Part shown: in pieces, positions 9,936-20,530 of the stretch | Layout of the letters: the number at the start of each line of letters is the position of its first letter | Numbering within the stretch: the first letter of the stretch is position 1 | Assembly (NCBI GenBank): GCA_963753435.1 | Contig: CAVWCF010000001.1 | Location: 1-64,000 of the forward strand | DNA length: 64,000 nt | Origin: an uncultured Actinomycetota bacterium | GTDB lineage: Bacteria; Actinomycetota; Actinomycetes; CAVWCF01 | Direction of reading: 5' to 3' | Translations under genes and position numbers: made by a program | Notes under the pieces: generated by a model | Database searches by the model: none | Told to the model about the DNA's origin: nothing | The model's input: the letters and a program-made list of their open reading frames with translations, nothing else

Positions 9936-11441
9936 TCAGCCGTCCGCGACCGTCGCCAGCACGCGTGAGCGCACCTGAACGTCGCCCCACAAGCGGGCAG
10001 TGCGACCCCACGACACATACGCGATCAGCAGGAAGGCCAGCGCCGCTCCAAGCGGCACCCACCAGACGCCGCCCACCGCCAACACGCCGAAGAGCAGGCC
10101 AGTCAGGGTGGTTGTCATTGCCAGGCGGAATGAATACGCGGCCATGGCTCCAGGCGGGGCCGGAGTGTCGCGGCGGCCGCCCAGCTCGGTTCGGAACGGG
10201 TTGGTGACCGAGTAGCGGGCACTGCGGGTCACGACCAGGGCCACGTTCGCGATGATCGCGCCGATGACGGCCGTGACCTCCGCTGCCGAGCGGGGCTCCG
10301 GCGCACGAAGTCCGCCGAGCACAGCCGCAAGGACGCTGGCCGCCAAGACGGCTTCCGCGGTCACGCGCGTCTTTGCCACCAGAGCGTGTCGGGCCCAGCC
10401 GGGTTGGCCGCCCAGCCAAAGCGCCCCGGAACCGTCGAGCGCGAACGCATTGACGCCGAACAGCAGGCCGGTGCCCGCCGCAACCAGTCCAGGCAGGACC
10501 ACGAGAGCCGACCAATCCAGACCCGCCGCCAGGACCACGAGCGCGGGCAGTACCCCCAGGACCACAACGCCGCGCCGAAGTGCCGGCGCACGCCACACCG
10601 ACGCGCGATCGGTCCGGGTCAAGGCGGCTGGAACATTCCGCGGAGTTGGCTGTCGCCGGACTCTGCGGCTGTCCACCCCCGCCTCGCCACCGCGGTCGCT
10701 GGGTCGGCGCAGCGCCCAGGCCGTCGCGCGGATCCCGGCCCAGAACGCGACCGGGACGGCGGCGGCCATTACCCCGGTGCCCAGGGCCCATCCGGAGTAG
10801 TCGCCGGCGGAGGCAACAACGGTGTTGACGACACCGCGCGTTGGGGCCTGGTCAAGCACGGCCGTGGTCCAGCCAAACCGGATCACCGCGAGGACGGCTA
10901 GCGCGCCGGCGGCCGCGGCCGCCCAAGTGGCCCAGCGCCCGGTGCGCCGGGTTCGCAAGCCCACGATCCACCAGGCGATCGCCTGCCCGGAGACCGTGGT
11001 CAACGCGATGAACACAACGACTGTGAGCAGAGCGAGAGCCAGCTGCCAACCCGTGACCGACAGCAACGCCGCCGCGGCCAACAGGATCAGGACCTGAACG
11101 GACCAGGCGAGGTTCAGCGGCGCCAGGAGCAGCGACGAGGAGAAGACGGTGCGCGGGCGCACGGGAAAGGCGATCAGGTGGTCGGCCGGGTACAGCTGCG
11201 CGCCGCCACCTGCGGCCAGCGGAGCGAACAGGGTCACGACCGTGAAGGCCAGGAACAGCGTGGGGGTGATCAGGACGAAGTCGATCAGCCGGTCCTCGGG
11301 GACGTTGCGGCCGGCGACCACGGACGCGACCAAGACGAGCGATACGGCTACCGCTCCAACCACCGACCACCAGCGGGTCCGGGTTCGATGCGCCATTCGG
11401 ACCCGCAGATCCACCAGCGGGCGCAACTGGCCGGAAGTCAC
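9936..11441 (-). CDS. Polytopic membrane protein, probable ABC exporter permease
   Basis: About 12 hydrophobic segments; overlaps the stop of the ABC ATPase gene. Confidence 0.75.
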   Translation of the reverse strand: MTSGQLRPLVDLRVRMAHRTRTRWWSVVGAVAVSLVLVASVVAGRNVPEDRLIDFVLITPTLFLAFTVVTLFAPLAAGGGAQLYPADHLIAFPVRPRTVFSSSLLLAPLNLAWSVQVLILLAAAALLSVTGWQLALALLTVVVFIALTTVSGQAIAWWIVGLRTRRTGRWATWAAAAAGALAVLAVIRFGWTTAVLDQAPTRGVVNTVVASAGDYSGWALGTGVMAAAVPVAFWAGIRATAWALRRPSDRGGEAGVDSRRVRRQPTPRNVPAALTRTDRASVWRAPALRRGVVVLGVLPALVVLAAGLDWSALVVLPGLVAAGTGLLFGVNAFALDGSGALWLGGQPGWARHALVAKTRVTAEAVLAASVLAAVLGGLRAPEPRSAAEVTAVIGAIIANVALVVTRSARYSVTNPFRTELGGRRDTPAPPGAMAAYSFRLAMTTTLTGLLFGVLAVGGVWWVPLGAALAFLLIAYVSWGRTARLWGDVQVRSRVLATVADG

Positions 11442-12148
11442 GCCAGCAGTTCTCGGTAATGGGCAGCGCCTGCGGCGCCGGCCAGGTCCCCAGCAGGCGA
11501 CGCGGACACCACGCGTCCCTGGCGCAGAATCACCGCCTCATCGCACGCCTGAACCGCGAGATCCAGCAGGTGCGTGGACACCAGGACCGCAGCCCCGCCC
11601 AGCCGCGCCTCGCGGATTAGATCCAGCGTCGCTTCCACACCCAACGGATCGACGCCGTCGAAGGGCTCGTCCAGAAGCAGCACATCGGGGGAGTGAAACG
11701 CCGCCAGCGCGACCGACATGCGTCGACCCATGCCGTGACTGAACCCCGCGGTGATGCGGTCGGCCGCATCGCGCAGGTCGAAACGATCCAACAGGTCCTC
11801 GGCCCGCCCCTCCCAGTCGGTGAGATTGCGCAGCCGAGCTGCCAGTTGCAGGTGCTCCCAAGGCGTGGCTCGCGGAATGAGTCCCCCGACGTCGGGGCAG
11901 TAGCCGACGGCGAAGCGAACCTGGTCGGGTTCATCGGCGACCGAGTGGCCCTTGACCAGGACCTGCCCCTGCGACGGCGGCAGCACTCCCGCCAGCACGC
12001 GCAGCGTCGTGGACTTGCCGGCCCCGTTTCGTCCCACCAGGGCAACCGAAGCCCCGGCCCCCACCGTCAGGTCGAAACCGTCGACGGCGCGGACGGAGCC
12101 GAACTCCACGGTCAGCCCGCGGACGTCGACGAGTGTGCTCACCGGCAC
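11438..12148 (-). CDS. ABC transporter ATP-binding protein
   Basis: GRNGAGKST, FSHGM signature, LLLDEP, H-loop STH. Confidence 0.92.
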   Translation of the reverse strand: MPVSTLVDVRGLTVEFGSVRAVDGFDLTVGAGASVALVGRNGAGKSTTLRVLAGVLPPSQGQVLVKGHSVADEPDQVRFAVGYCPDVGGLIPRATPWEHLQLAARLRNLTDWEGRAEDLLDRFDLRDAADRITAGFSHGMGRRMSVALAAFHSPDVLLLDEPFDGVDPLGVEATLDLIREARLGGAAVLVSTHLLDLAVQACDEAVILRQGRVVSASPAGDLAGAAGAAHYRELLA

Positions 12149-12210
12149 ATCCTGACCGACCCGGGACTGAAATCGCGACCGCTGTTGGGGTGGGCTGCGA
12201 CAGTACGGTC

Positions 12211-12540
12211 GTGGCAGACGTCATCGCGCGCGCCTTCGTGGCGCTGCCTCCGCGCCGGTTGCGGGAACAGATCGAGCAGCAGTCCGTCACCGCGCTGCTG
12301 TTCGACGAGCTGAAGTTGATCCTCACCGAGGATCGGGCTGACAAGGGTTGGCGTTGGCAGGTGGACTCGCCGTTTCGGGGATCAGCGGAGATCTGGCTGG
12401 AACCGGCGCTGGACGGATGCGTCCTGCACGCGTTCCTGCGGGCGGATGACGCCACCGCGGCGCACCTCGATCGCCGGGGCCGGCGAATGCGCTTGGAGTT
12501 GTTCGCATTTAAGGATCGTTGCGAATCAGCCGACTCGTAA
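12211..12540 (+). CDS. Small polyketide-cyclase/SRPBCC-like protein (Rv2186c-like)
   Basis: EDRADKGWRW...GSAEIWLEPALDGCVLHAFLRAD pattern; conserved neighbourhood. Confidence 0.65.
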   Translation: MADVIARAFVALPPRRLREQIEQQSVTALLFDELKLILTEDRADKGWRWQVDSPFRGSAEIWLEPALDGCVLHAFLRADDATAAHLDRRGRRMRLELFAFKDRCESADS

Positions 12541-12543
12541 GGC

Positions 12544-13149
12544 GTGTCCGCCTCGCGCTGCCCGAACTGCGCCGCACTGCTGCGATCGGGTGATATCTGG
12601 TGCAGTCAGTGCCATGCCGATTTGCGCCCTCCGGAGGAACGCTCGGTGGAGCGCTCCCCGGCAGTTGCGACCCAGCCTGGGTCGCATCGCGCCCGCCACG
12701 CCAAGCCCGGTCGGGTGCGCACACTGGTAACCGCGGCCCAGTCCGCCGCCACTGAGCTTTCCCAGGTTCCTGAGCCTCGTCCCGCCGAAGTCGTAGCCGA
12801 GGACGACTGGGTACAGGCCGTGCGAACCGCGCCGCTACGCGAGTCCGGCCGACGCGAGAACGCTGGTGTGGCGGCAACGGGTGACGTGGCGCAGGTCGAT
12901 CTTCTCGGCGCGATCAGTGCTGCTACGCCGGATGAAACGGACACTACGGAAGCTCCCAAAGAGCAGGCGGAGTACTCCGTCGACGTGATGCTCTCCCTGC
13001 TCGCCGCCGAACGAAACGACGGGCTGGCCACTTGGTCCAACCGGCTGGATGGTCCAGGCGCGAAACTTGCGGTGGTCGCCGGCGGTGCGCTGGCTCTCAC
13101 GCTGCTGGGCGTGGTGGGACTGGCGATCCTCGGCTTGCTGTTCGGCTGA
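12544..13149 (+). CDS. Hypothetical protein with N-terminal zinc ribbon and C-terminal membrane anchor
   Basis: CPNC-x10-CSQC, low-complexity middle, hydrophobic C-terminus. Confidence 0.6.
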   Translation: MSASRCPNCAALLRSGDIWCSQCHADLRPPEERSVERSPAVATQPGSHRARHAKPGRVRTLVTAAQSAATELSQVPEPRPAEVVAEDDWVQAVRTAPLRESGRRENAGVAATGDVAQVDLLGAISAATPDETDTTEAPKEQAEYSVDVMLSLLAAERNDGLATWSNRLDGPGAKLAVVAGGALALTLLGVVGLAILGLLFG

Positions 13150-13174
13150 TCGGTTGCTCACCTAACCTCTCAAC

Positions 13175-13942
13175 ATGCGCGTTCATGTGGTCAGTGACGT
13201 CCATGGAACCCCGGGCGCGCTGGCCCGCGCCGGGGACGGGGCCGACGCGCTTTTCTGCCTGGGCGACCTGATCCTCTTCCTGGACTACGCCGATCCGTCG
13301 CAGGGCATATTCGCGGAACTGTTCGGGGCCGCGGATACTGCCGAATTCATCCGGCTGCGCACCGATGGCCGATTCGAGGATGCCCGGGCCTGGACCGACC
13401 GCCTGTGGGCGCGAATCGGTGGCGACCGTCGGGCGCATCTTGAATCGGCAGTGCGCAATCAGTACGCCGAACTCTTTGCGGCCATGCCGACCCCGGCCTA
13501 TCTGACCTACGGCAACGTGGACGTGCCCCATCTGTGGCCGGAGTACCTCCGCGACGGTCACACGCTGCTGGACGGCGCATCGGTGACGCTGGACGGGACG
13601 CGGGTCGGCTTCGTCGGAGGCGGTTTGGTGTCCCCGTACCGAACCCCCTACGAACTGACCGATGAGCAGTTCGCCGACAAGTTGGACGCCGTGGGCGACG
13701 TTGACGTGCTGTGCACCCACATCCCGCCGTCGGTTCCCGAACTCACCTACGACGTCGTGGCCCGAAGGTTCGAACGCGGCAGCGCCGCCCTGTTGCAGGC
13801 GGTACTTGAGCGGCAGCCCGCGCTGCTGCTGTTCGGCCATGTGCATCAGCCGTTGGCGGCACGAATGCGAATCGGCCGTACCGAATGCATCAACGTTGGC
13901 CATTTCCGTGGCAGCCGGCGCCCGTTCGCCCTGACGCTGTGA
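13175..13942 (+). CDS. Metallophosphoesterase
   Basis: SDVHG, LGDL, GNVD, THIPP and GHVH motifs; TAACCT 6 nt before ATG suggests a leaderless gene. Confidence 0.88.
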   Translation: MRVHVVSDVHGTPGALARAGDGADALFCLGDLILFLDYADPSQGIFAELFGAADTAEFIRLRTDGRFEDARAWTDRLWARIGGDRRAHLESAVRNQYAELFAAMPTPAYLTYGNVDVPHLWPEYLRDGHTLLDGASVTLDGTRVGFVGGGLVSPYRTPYELTDEQFADKLDAVGDVDVLCTHIPPSVPELTYDVVARRFERGSAALLQAVLERQPALLLFGHVHQPLAARMRIGRTECINVGHFRGSRRPFALTL

Positions 13943-13997
13943 GCCGGAGACGCGGTGGCCCGCTGCCGATACGCTGCCGGTCATCCGAGGAGGTGCG

Positions 13998-14447
13998 ATG
14001 GCTGACCAGACGACATCGAGCATCGAAGTGGCCGCTCCTGTTGATGCGGTGATGGAAGTCATCGCCGACCTGGAGGCCTACCCGGACTGGGTTACTGGCA
14101 TAAGTACGACCGAGGTGCTGTCGCAGTTCGACGACGGCCGCCCGGAGCAGGCGCGGTTCAGCGTCGACTCCGGCCCCATCAAGGACACGTATGTACTGCA
14201 GTACACCTGGGAGGACGACACCTCGGTGTCCTGGCAGTTGGTCGAGGCGGAACTGCTCACCGCCATGGATGGGGAGTACCGGCTGACGGCCGGCGACGGG
14301 ACCACGCGCGTTGAGTACACGCTCTCGGTGGGACTCAAGATCCCCATGATCGGCATGATCAAACGGCGCGCGGAGAAGGTCATTGTGGACACCGCGCTCA
14401 AAGGGCTGAAGGAGCGCGTCGAGTCCGGCGCCGGGGGCAGTCAGTAA
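13998..14447 (+). CDS. SRPBCC/START family protein
   Basis: VIADLEAYPDW...KRRAEKVIVDTALKGLK; SD GAGGAGG. Confidence 0.88.
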   Translation: MADQTTSSIEVAAPVDAVMEVIADLEAYPDWVTGISTTEVLSQFDDGRPEQARFSVDSGPIKDTYVLQYTWEDDTSVSWQLVEAELLTAMDGEYRLTAGDGTTRVEYTLSVGLKIPMIGMIKRRAEKVIVDTALKGLKERVESGAGGSQ

Positions 14448-14457
14448 CCTGCCCGCC

Positions 14458-15654
14458 GTGCGCGTCCTCCTTTTCACCGGCAAGGGCGGAGTCGGCAAGA
14501 CCACTTTGGCGGCCGGGACCGCAGCTCTCGCGGCCCGACGCGGGATCAAGACGTTGGTTCTGTCCACCGACCCGGCCCACTCGCTCGCGGATGCGTACGG
14601 GGTGGCCCTCGGCGAGGAGCCGGCGGAGATCTCCCCGGGGCTGTATGGCCTCCAGGTGGATCCCCAGCAGAAGTTCGAGCGTTCCTGGGGTGAGGTGCAG
14701 CGCTACCTGATCTCCGTGCTGGACGCGGTCGGGGTGGACCCCTTGGAGGCGGAGGAACTCACCGTTCTGCCCGGCGCCGAGGAGGTGCTGGCTCTGCTGG
14801 AAGTGCGCGACCAGGTGCGTTCCGGTCGCTGGGACCTGGTGGTGGTCGACTGCGCCCCGACCGGGGAGACGCTGCGGCTGCTGGCGCTTCCCGACGCCCT
14901 GGACTGGTACATGAAGCGCATCTTCCCGGCCGAACGTCGCCTGGTCCGCGCGCTGCGGCCCGTGCTCACCCGCGCCTCCGGGGTCCCCATGCCCGCCGAC
15001 GGAGTCTTCGGGGCCGTCGAACGCCTGCATTCGGAATTGGCGGAGGTTCGGGACGTGCTAACTGACGCGGGCACGTCGGTGCGCCTGGTGCTGACGCCGG
15101 AGTCGGTCGTGGTGGCCGAGGCGCGCCGCACCTACACGTCACTGTCCCTGTACGGATACCGAGTCGACACCGTGTTGGCCAACCGGGTCTTCCCGGCCGC
15201 CGGAGCCGACGGCTGGCGGGCCGGCTGGGTGTCGGCGCAGTCGGCGCGCATGACGGAGGTCGAGGAGTCATTCGCGCCGCTGCCGGTGCTCGTGGCCGAC
15301 TACCGCAGCACTGAGCCGATGGGCGCCGCCGCCTTGGCGGACTTGGCGGCGGACGTCTACTCCGGTCGGGACCTGCTGGCGGTACCGGACGGGCCGGCCA
15401 CGCAGATGACCCTGGAACGGCAGTCCACCGGCTACCGGTTGTCCGTCTGGCTGCCGCTGGCCGAGCGCGGTGACGTCGACCTGGTTCGCCGGGGTGACGA
15501 ACTGGTGCTGACTGTCGGCGGACACCGGCGCGTGCTGGCCTTGCCGTTGTCCCTGCAGCGGTCCGCGATCACATCGGCGCGGCTGGCAGAGGGTTTACTT
15601 CGCGTCGAGTTTGCGGCAGACGACGCAGCCACGGACGAAAGGGATAAGGCGTGA
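14458..15654 (+). CDS. ArsA/Get3-family ATPase with C-terminal HSP20-like domain
   Basis: GKGGVGKTT, STDPAHSL, DCAPTGET; C-terminal beta-sandwich ELVLTVG...ARLAEGLLRVEF. Confidence 0.9.
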   Translation: MRVLLFTGKGGVGKTTLAAGTAALAARRGIKTLVLSTDPAHSLADAYGVALGEEPAEISPGLYGLQVDPQQKFERSWGEVQRYLISVLDAVGVDPLEAEELTVLPGAEEVLALLEVRDQVRSGRWDLVVVDCAPTGETLRLLALPDALDWYMKRIFPAERRLVRALRPVLTRASGVPMPADGVFGAVERLHSELAEVRDVLTDAGTSVRLVLTPESVVVAEARRTYTSLSLYGYRVDTVLANRVFPAAGADGWRAGWVSAQSARMTEVEESFAPLPVLVADYRSTEPMGAAALADLAADVYSGRDLLAVPDGPATQMTLERQSTGYRLSVWLPLAERGDVDLVRRGDELVLTVGGHRRVLALPLSLQRSAITSARLAEGLLRVEFAADDAATDERDKA

Positions 15655-15971
15655 CCAGCGCGCATGACACGCACGACGTAGGCGACGGCGACGTCGGTTC
15701 GGCGGCTGAAGAAGCCGCGAGGCTGATCGCCGCCCTGCAGGAGTGGGCGGGACGCGCCATGTCGGCCGTGGACGGCCACATCGCCACCGGCTCCGAGGAA
15801 TGCCGACTGTGCCCTATCTGCCAAGGGTTGTCCCTGCTGCGTTCAGCCAACCCGGAGGCGTTCAGCCACCTTTCTGACGCCGCCGCGTCGCTCACGGCCG
15901 CGCTACGTGCCGCCCTCGCCGACTACGGGCGGTCCGAACGCCCACCGGTCCAACACATCGACGTGGAGTGA
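15651..15971 (+). CDS. Small conserved protein (DUF5304/SCO2127-like)
   Basis: CRLCPIC motif and VQHIDVE end; lies between ArsA and glkA. Confidence 0.7.
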   Translation: MTSAHDTHDVGDGDVGSAAEEAARLIAALQEWAGRAMSAVDGHIATGSEECRLCPICQGLSLLRSANPEAFSHLSDAAASLTAALRAALADYGRSERPPVQHIDVE

Positions 15972-16927
15972 ACGTGGACGACTCGTTGGCCATCGGCGTG
16001 GACATCGGTGGCACCAAGGTTGCGGCCGGAGTTGTGGGCTCGGACGGGGTTGTCCTGGCGCGAACCGTCGTACCGACGCCGTCGCATGACTCGGCAGCGA
16101 TTGAGCAAGCTGTGGTTTCGGCAGTCCTTGAGCTGTCCACCGACTTCGCGGTGGTCGGAGTCGGTATCGGCGCGGCCGGCTACATCGACGCGGCCAACGG
16201 GATCGTCCGCTACTCACCCAATACGGCGTGGCGCGACGAGCCGCTTCGCGATCGAGTTGCCGAGCAGGTCGGCCTTCCGGTGCGGCTGGAGAACGACGGC
16301 AACGTCGCCGCGTGGGGTGAGTACCGCTTTGGGGCGGCACGGGGAGCGCGGGTCATGTTGCTCGTTGCCGTGGGCACCGGGATCGGCGGCGGAGTCGTGA
16401 TCGAGGGTGCGCTGCTGCGCGGCGCTACGGGCGCGGCGCCCGAGATTGGGCACATCAACCTCTACCCGGACGGGCTGCTGTGTGGCTGCGGGCGGCTCGG
16501 TTGCCTGGAGCAGTACGCGTCCGGCAACTCCCTGGGGCGGTACGCCCGCGAACTGCTCGAGGTGAAGCCGGAGAGCAGCCCGCGGCTGCTGGAGTTGGCG
16601 GGTGGTTCGGTGGGTGCGGTCTCGGGCGTACACGTCACCGCCGCCGCGCAGGAGGGTGACCGGGTCGCCCTGGCGGCTTTCGATCGGGTCGGTCATGCGC
16701 TCGGCTCGGGCCTTGCCGACCTTGCCGCGTTGTTCGATCCGGATGTCGTCGTGCTCGGTGGTGGCGTGTCGGAGTCTGGTGATCTGCTCCGTAGCCCGAC
16801 CGAAGGCCACTTCCGCCAGCAGCGGAGCCTGGGCGGATTCGACACCTCTGTGCGATTGGTAAGCGCCGAACTCGGCAACGACGCCGGTCTGGTCGGTGCT
16901 GCTGACCTGGCCCGGCTTCCGGCCTGA
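15968..16927 (+). CDS. glkA: ROK-family glucokinase
   Basis: GVDIGGTK, END, GTGIGGG, EIGH, CGCGRLGCLE. Confidence 0.88.
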   Translation: MNVDDSLAIGVDIGGTKVAAGVVGSDGVVLARTVVPTPSHDSAAIEQAVVSAVLELSTDFAVVGVGIGAAGYIDAANGIVRYSPNTAWRDEPLRDRVAEQVGLPVRLENDGNVAAWGEYRFGAARGARVMLLVAVGTGIGGGVVIEGALLRGATGAAPEIGHINLYPDGLLCGCGRLGCLEQYASGNSLGRYARELLEVKPESSPRLLELAGGSVGAVSGVHVTAAAQEGDRVALAAFDRVGHALGSGLADLAALFDPDVVVLGGGVSESGDLLRSPTEGHFRQQRSLGGFDTSVRLVSAELGNDAGLVGAADLARLPA

Positions 16928-16953
16928 TGCGTCCGTCGTGAGTCAGGCCTCGA

Positions 16954-17721
16954 TCAGACCACGGCACCGTCGTCGGGGTTGTCCTCGTCGTTGACGCGGT
17001 CACCCATGCGCACCACGAGGGTGGCGAACCCACCGAGGAAGCCCGCCGCCAGCAGGAACGCCGGCCACCCGGCCAGGTCGACCCCGGTTAGGACCGCCAG
17101 TACCGCGAATACGGGCGCTCCGATTACGCCGGCCCAGGCGGCTCGACTCACCGAGTCGCCCTCGGGTAGCGGCGGTGGTGGCGGCGGCACGAAGTGGTCA
17201 TCGTCATCGCCGGCAGCAGCTTTGTCACCAGCGGCCTTGGCTGCGGCCGGGTTGGCACCCGCCAGCCGCCGCTGGATGTCCTCCCAGCCGATCGAGTCGT
17301 CGGTGCCAGCTGTTACCGACGGCGCGGTCGGGGCGTCCGGGCTGGCCTCGAAGGCGGCGATCAGCCCGGCCCAGGTGTCGTCATCGATCGGCTCCGGCGG
17401 CGCGGGGGTGTTGGCAACCTCAAGAAGCCGCGTGGCCGCCTCGGCCGCGGTTATGTCGACGAAGAGCCGAACCACCGGTCCGGAGTACTTGGTGATCTGC
17501 AGGGTGAAGGAATCTGCGGCCCCCGTCGGCAGGACGTAGGCGGCGATTCCGGCATCGGCAAGCGCCGCAAGTAACTCTTCCGACGCGTGCGGCGGCAACG
17601 TGCCGATCCCCACCCAGTCCGCGGCCGACAGCCCGTTTCCGCGTGCACCGCGGGGCAACGACGGGCCTTGACCGTCTTCGACGTCCCGCCGGTCCGGGTC
17701 GATGCCGTCCGATTCAGGCAT
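16954..17721 (-). CDS. Conserved actinobacterial membrane protein
   Basis: HFVPPPPPPLP motif, two C-terminal TMs, DDGAVV end. Confidence 0.7.
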   Translation of the reverse strand: MPESDGIDPDRRDVEDGQGPSLPRGARGNGLSAADWVGIGTLPPHASEELLAALADAGIAAYVLPTGAADSFTLQITKYSGPVVRLFVDITAAEAATRLLEVANTPAPPEPIDDDTWAGLIAAFEASPDAPTAPSVTAGTDDSIGWEDIQRRLAGANPAAAKAAGDKAAAGDDDDHFVPPPPPPLPEGDSVSRAAWAGVIGAPVFAVLAVLTGVDLAGWPAFLLAAGFLGGFATLVVRMGDRVNDEDNPDDGAVV

Positions 17722-18472
17722 CGCTGCCCTCAAGTCGCCGAACGAACTCCAGGCTCTTCTCGAAGATGGTCGGTGCGTCGTTGTCCATGGTCGCCACGTG
17801 GTAGGAGTCCGGCAGCTCGATCAGTTCTTTGTCCGTCGAGCCCAGACTTTCGTAGATCACCTGTGAGCAGACGGCCTCGACGGTGTGGTCCTCCGGGCTC
17901 ACGAACACCAGAGCCGGTAGTTCAATCTCAGGTAGGCGGCTTCGCAGCTGCGGCCAGGCCTGCATGACCGACCACAGCGCCCGTGGGGAAACCTGGTCGT
18001 ACGCGCCCTCATCCTGGCCTGGCTTCTTGATGTCGTTGGCGACACCGCCGGGCCAAGTGGGCAGGAAGCGCAGGGCCGGTAGCAGGTACTTGGCTTCCCA
18101 CCGGTCGGACTGGATGAGGGCGTTGACGGTCACGATGCCGCTGATGTCCTCAGCACGCTCCTCGGCAAGCGCCAGAGTCAGCGCGCCACCCACGGACAAC
18201 CCCATAACGAAGACCTTGTCGCAGCGCTCGACCAACTCGTCCAGCGCTCGCGACGCAGCCGCGAAGTAGTCCGGCCACCTGGTCATGGATAGCTCGCGCA
18301 CGGACGTCCCGTGGCCGGGTAGCCGCGGGGCGCGAACCGTCAGGCCCGCATCGGCAAGGTGTTGCGCCCAATCGCGAACCCCTTGCGGCGACCCGGAGTA
18401 GCCGTGCAGCACCAGCACTCCGGTGCGGCTGCCGTCGGCCGCGAATGGCTCGGCTCCTGGTTTGACGGGCAT
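17714..18472 (-). CDS. Carboxylesterase / monoacylglycerol lipase (alpha/beta hydrolase)
   Basis: LHGYSG, LPGHG, GLSVGG nucleophile elbow, EDH, SYHVATMD. Confidence 0.9.
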   Translation of the reverse strand: MPVKPGAEPFAADGSRTGVLVLHGYSGSPQGVRDWAQHLADAGLTVRAPRLPGHGTSVRELSMTRWPDYFAAASRALDELVERCDKVFVMGLSVGGALTLALAEERAEDISGIVTVNALIQSDRWEAKYLLPALRFLPTWPGGVANDIKKPGQDEGAYDQVSPRALWSVMQAWPQLRSRLPEIELPALVFVSPEDHTVEAVCSQVIYESLGSTDKELIELPDSYHVATMDNDAPTIFEKSLEFVRRLEGSDA

Positions 18473-18606
18473 GTCCCTCCTCACCGAGCCGCAATCGTGT
18501 CATGGCTTTGGGATCCAGGCATGCACCTGTCTGCGCTGACTGTCGGCTTCGGGGCCGATAGGGTCGGGGCCGCAACGGTTGGTAACTGCGGACGGGGAGG
18601 TGCGGG

Positions 18607-19326
18607 TTGTACTGGGTGTTCAAGTACATCCTCATCGGACCCTGGCTGCGCCTGCTCTACCGACCGTGGGTTGAGGGCATGGAGAACATCCCTGCCGACG
18701 GTCCGGCGATCCTGGCGAGTAACCACCTGTCGTTCTCCGACTCCTTCTTCCTGCCCTTGATGCTTCCGCGTCGGATGACCTTCCTGGCCAAGTCCGACTA
18801 CTTCACCGGTCGCGGGATCAAGGGCCGGTTGATCGCTTGGTTCTTCCGAAGCGCGGGGCAGATTCCAGTGGATCGTTCCGGCGGCAAGGCCAGTGATGCC
18901 GCGCTGCGGACCGGCCTGGGCGTTCTGGACCGTCAGCAGTTGCTTGGCATCTACCCGGAGGGCACCCGATCTCCGGATGGCCGCCTGTACCGCGGCCGAA
19001 CCGGCGTGGCCCGGATGGCTTTGGAGGGCGGCGTTCCGGTCATCCCGGTGGCCATGGTCGACACCGAGAAGATCCAGCCACCAGGCAAGGTGATCCCGCG
19101 TATCGGCCGAGTCGGGATGCGCATCGGCAAGCCGTTGGACTTCTCCCGGTACGACGGGATGTCGTCGGACCGCTTCGTACTGCGCAGCGTCACCGACGAG
19201 ATCATGTACGAACTCATGGTGTTGTCCGGCCAGCAGTACGTGGACATGTACGCGACCCGGGCCAAGGAAGTAATCGCCGATGGTCGCGACCCGGCGGCAC
19301 CCGTTGATCAGGCCACGGCGGCCTGA
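18607..19326 (+). CDS. plsC: Lysophospholipid acyltransferase (PlsC family)
   Basis: NHLSFSD (HX4D), YPEGTRS. Confidence 0.9.
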   Translation: MYWVFKYILIGPWLRLLYRPWVEGMENIPADGPAILASNHLSFSDSFFLPLMLPRRMTFLAKSDYFTGRGIKGRLIAWFFRSAGQIPVDRSGGKASDAALRTGLGVLDRQQLLGIYPEGTRSPDGRLYRGRTGVARMALEGGVPVIPVAMVDTEKIQPPGKVIPRIGRVGMRIGKPLDFSRYDGMSSDRFVLRSVTDEIMYELMVLSGQQYVDMYATRAKEVIADGRDPAAPVDQATAA

Positions 19327-19354
19327 CGGGTCGCAGTCGGCACCGCTGCAGTTC

Positions 19355-20530
19355 TCACCGCCGACCCAGCAGGTGCTCCATGGCCAGTTGGTCGAGTCGG
19401 GAGTAGTGCAGTCCGGCTGCGGCAGCGGCATCGGGGTCGAAGTCCTCGAATGCGGCGCGGTCGGCGACTAGGTCCGACCAGGACTCCCCGGCAGCCAGCG
19501 TCGGCTGACTCAGTTCCGCCGATCCGGACTCGGCCAGGGCCGCGGCGACGTCGGGGTCGGCCCGGAACGCCGCCGCCCGCTCCTTGAGCAGCAGGTACGT
19601 GCGCATGTTGGCAGCCGCCGATACCCAGACATCCTCAATGTCCTCGGTGCGGTACGGCTTGTAGTCGAAGTGGCGGGGGCCGTCGTAGCCGGCGGTCTCC
19701 AGCAGGTCGACGAGGAAGAAGGCGCTCTTGACGTCGCCGTGGCCGAACACCAGGTCCTGGTCGTACTTGATCCCGTGCTGGCCGTTCAGGTCGATGTGGA
19801 ACAACTTGCCGTGCCACAGCGCCTGCGCAACTCCGTGGACCATGTTCAGACCGGCCATCTGCTCATGGCCGACCTCTGGGTTGAGTCCGACCCGCTCGGA
19901 GTGCTCCAGGGAGTTGATGAACGCCAGGGCGTGCCCGATCGTGGGCAGCAGGATGTCGCCGCGGGGCTCGTTCGGTTTCGGCTCCAGGGCGAATCGGATG
20001 TCGTACCCGCGGTCGATGACGTACTGGGTCAGCAGGTTGACGCCTTCGGCGTAGCGGTCCAGCGCGGCTCGGATGTCTTTGGCGGCGTCCGTTTCCGCAC
20101 CTTCGCGCCCGCCCCACATGACGTAGGTGCGGGCACCCAGCTCCGCGGCGAGGTCGATATTGCGCATGATCTTGCGCAGGGCATAGCGGCGAACCGAACG
20201 CTTGCTGCTCGTCAGCGCGCCGTCCTTGAACACCGGATGTGTGAAGGTGTTCGTCGTCGCCATGGGGACCGTCATCCCGGTCTCGGCCAGGGCCTTCGCG
20301 AAGGCATCGATGTGGCGCTGCCGCTCGTTGTCATCAGAGCCGAAGGGAATGAGGTCGTCATCGTGGAAAGTGACACCGGCAGCTCCCAACTCGGACAACC
20401 GATGCACGGCCTCAACCGGGTCGAGCGGCGGTCGCGTCGCGTCGCCGAACGGATCGCGCGCCTGCCAGCCGACCGTCCACAACCCGAATGTGAACTGGTC
20501 GTTGGGCGTCGGGGTGAGGTGGTCGCTCAT
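19355..20530 (-). CDS. xylA: Xylose isomerase
   Basis: [36 protein letters not shown]. Confidence 0.97.
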   Translation of the reverse strand: MSDHLTPTPNDQFTFGLWTVGWQARDPFGDATRPPLDPVEAVHRLSELGAAGVTFHDDDLIPFGSDDNERQRHIDAFAKALAETGMTVPMATTNTFTHPVFKDGALTSSKRSVRRYALRKIMRNIDLAAELGARTYVMWGGREGAETDAAKDIRAALDRYAEGVNLLTQYVIDRGYDIRFALEPKPNEPRGDILLPTIGHALAFINSLEHSERVGLNPEVGHEQMAGLNMVHGVAQALWHGKLFHIDLNGQHGIKYDQDLVFGHGDVKSAFFLVDLLETAGYDGPRHFDYKPYRTEDIEDVWVSAAANMRTYLLLKERAAAFRADPDVAAALAESGSAELSQPTLAAGESWSDLVADRAAFEDFDPDAAAAAGLHYSRLDQLAMEHLLGRR

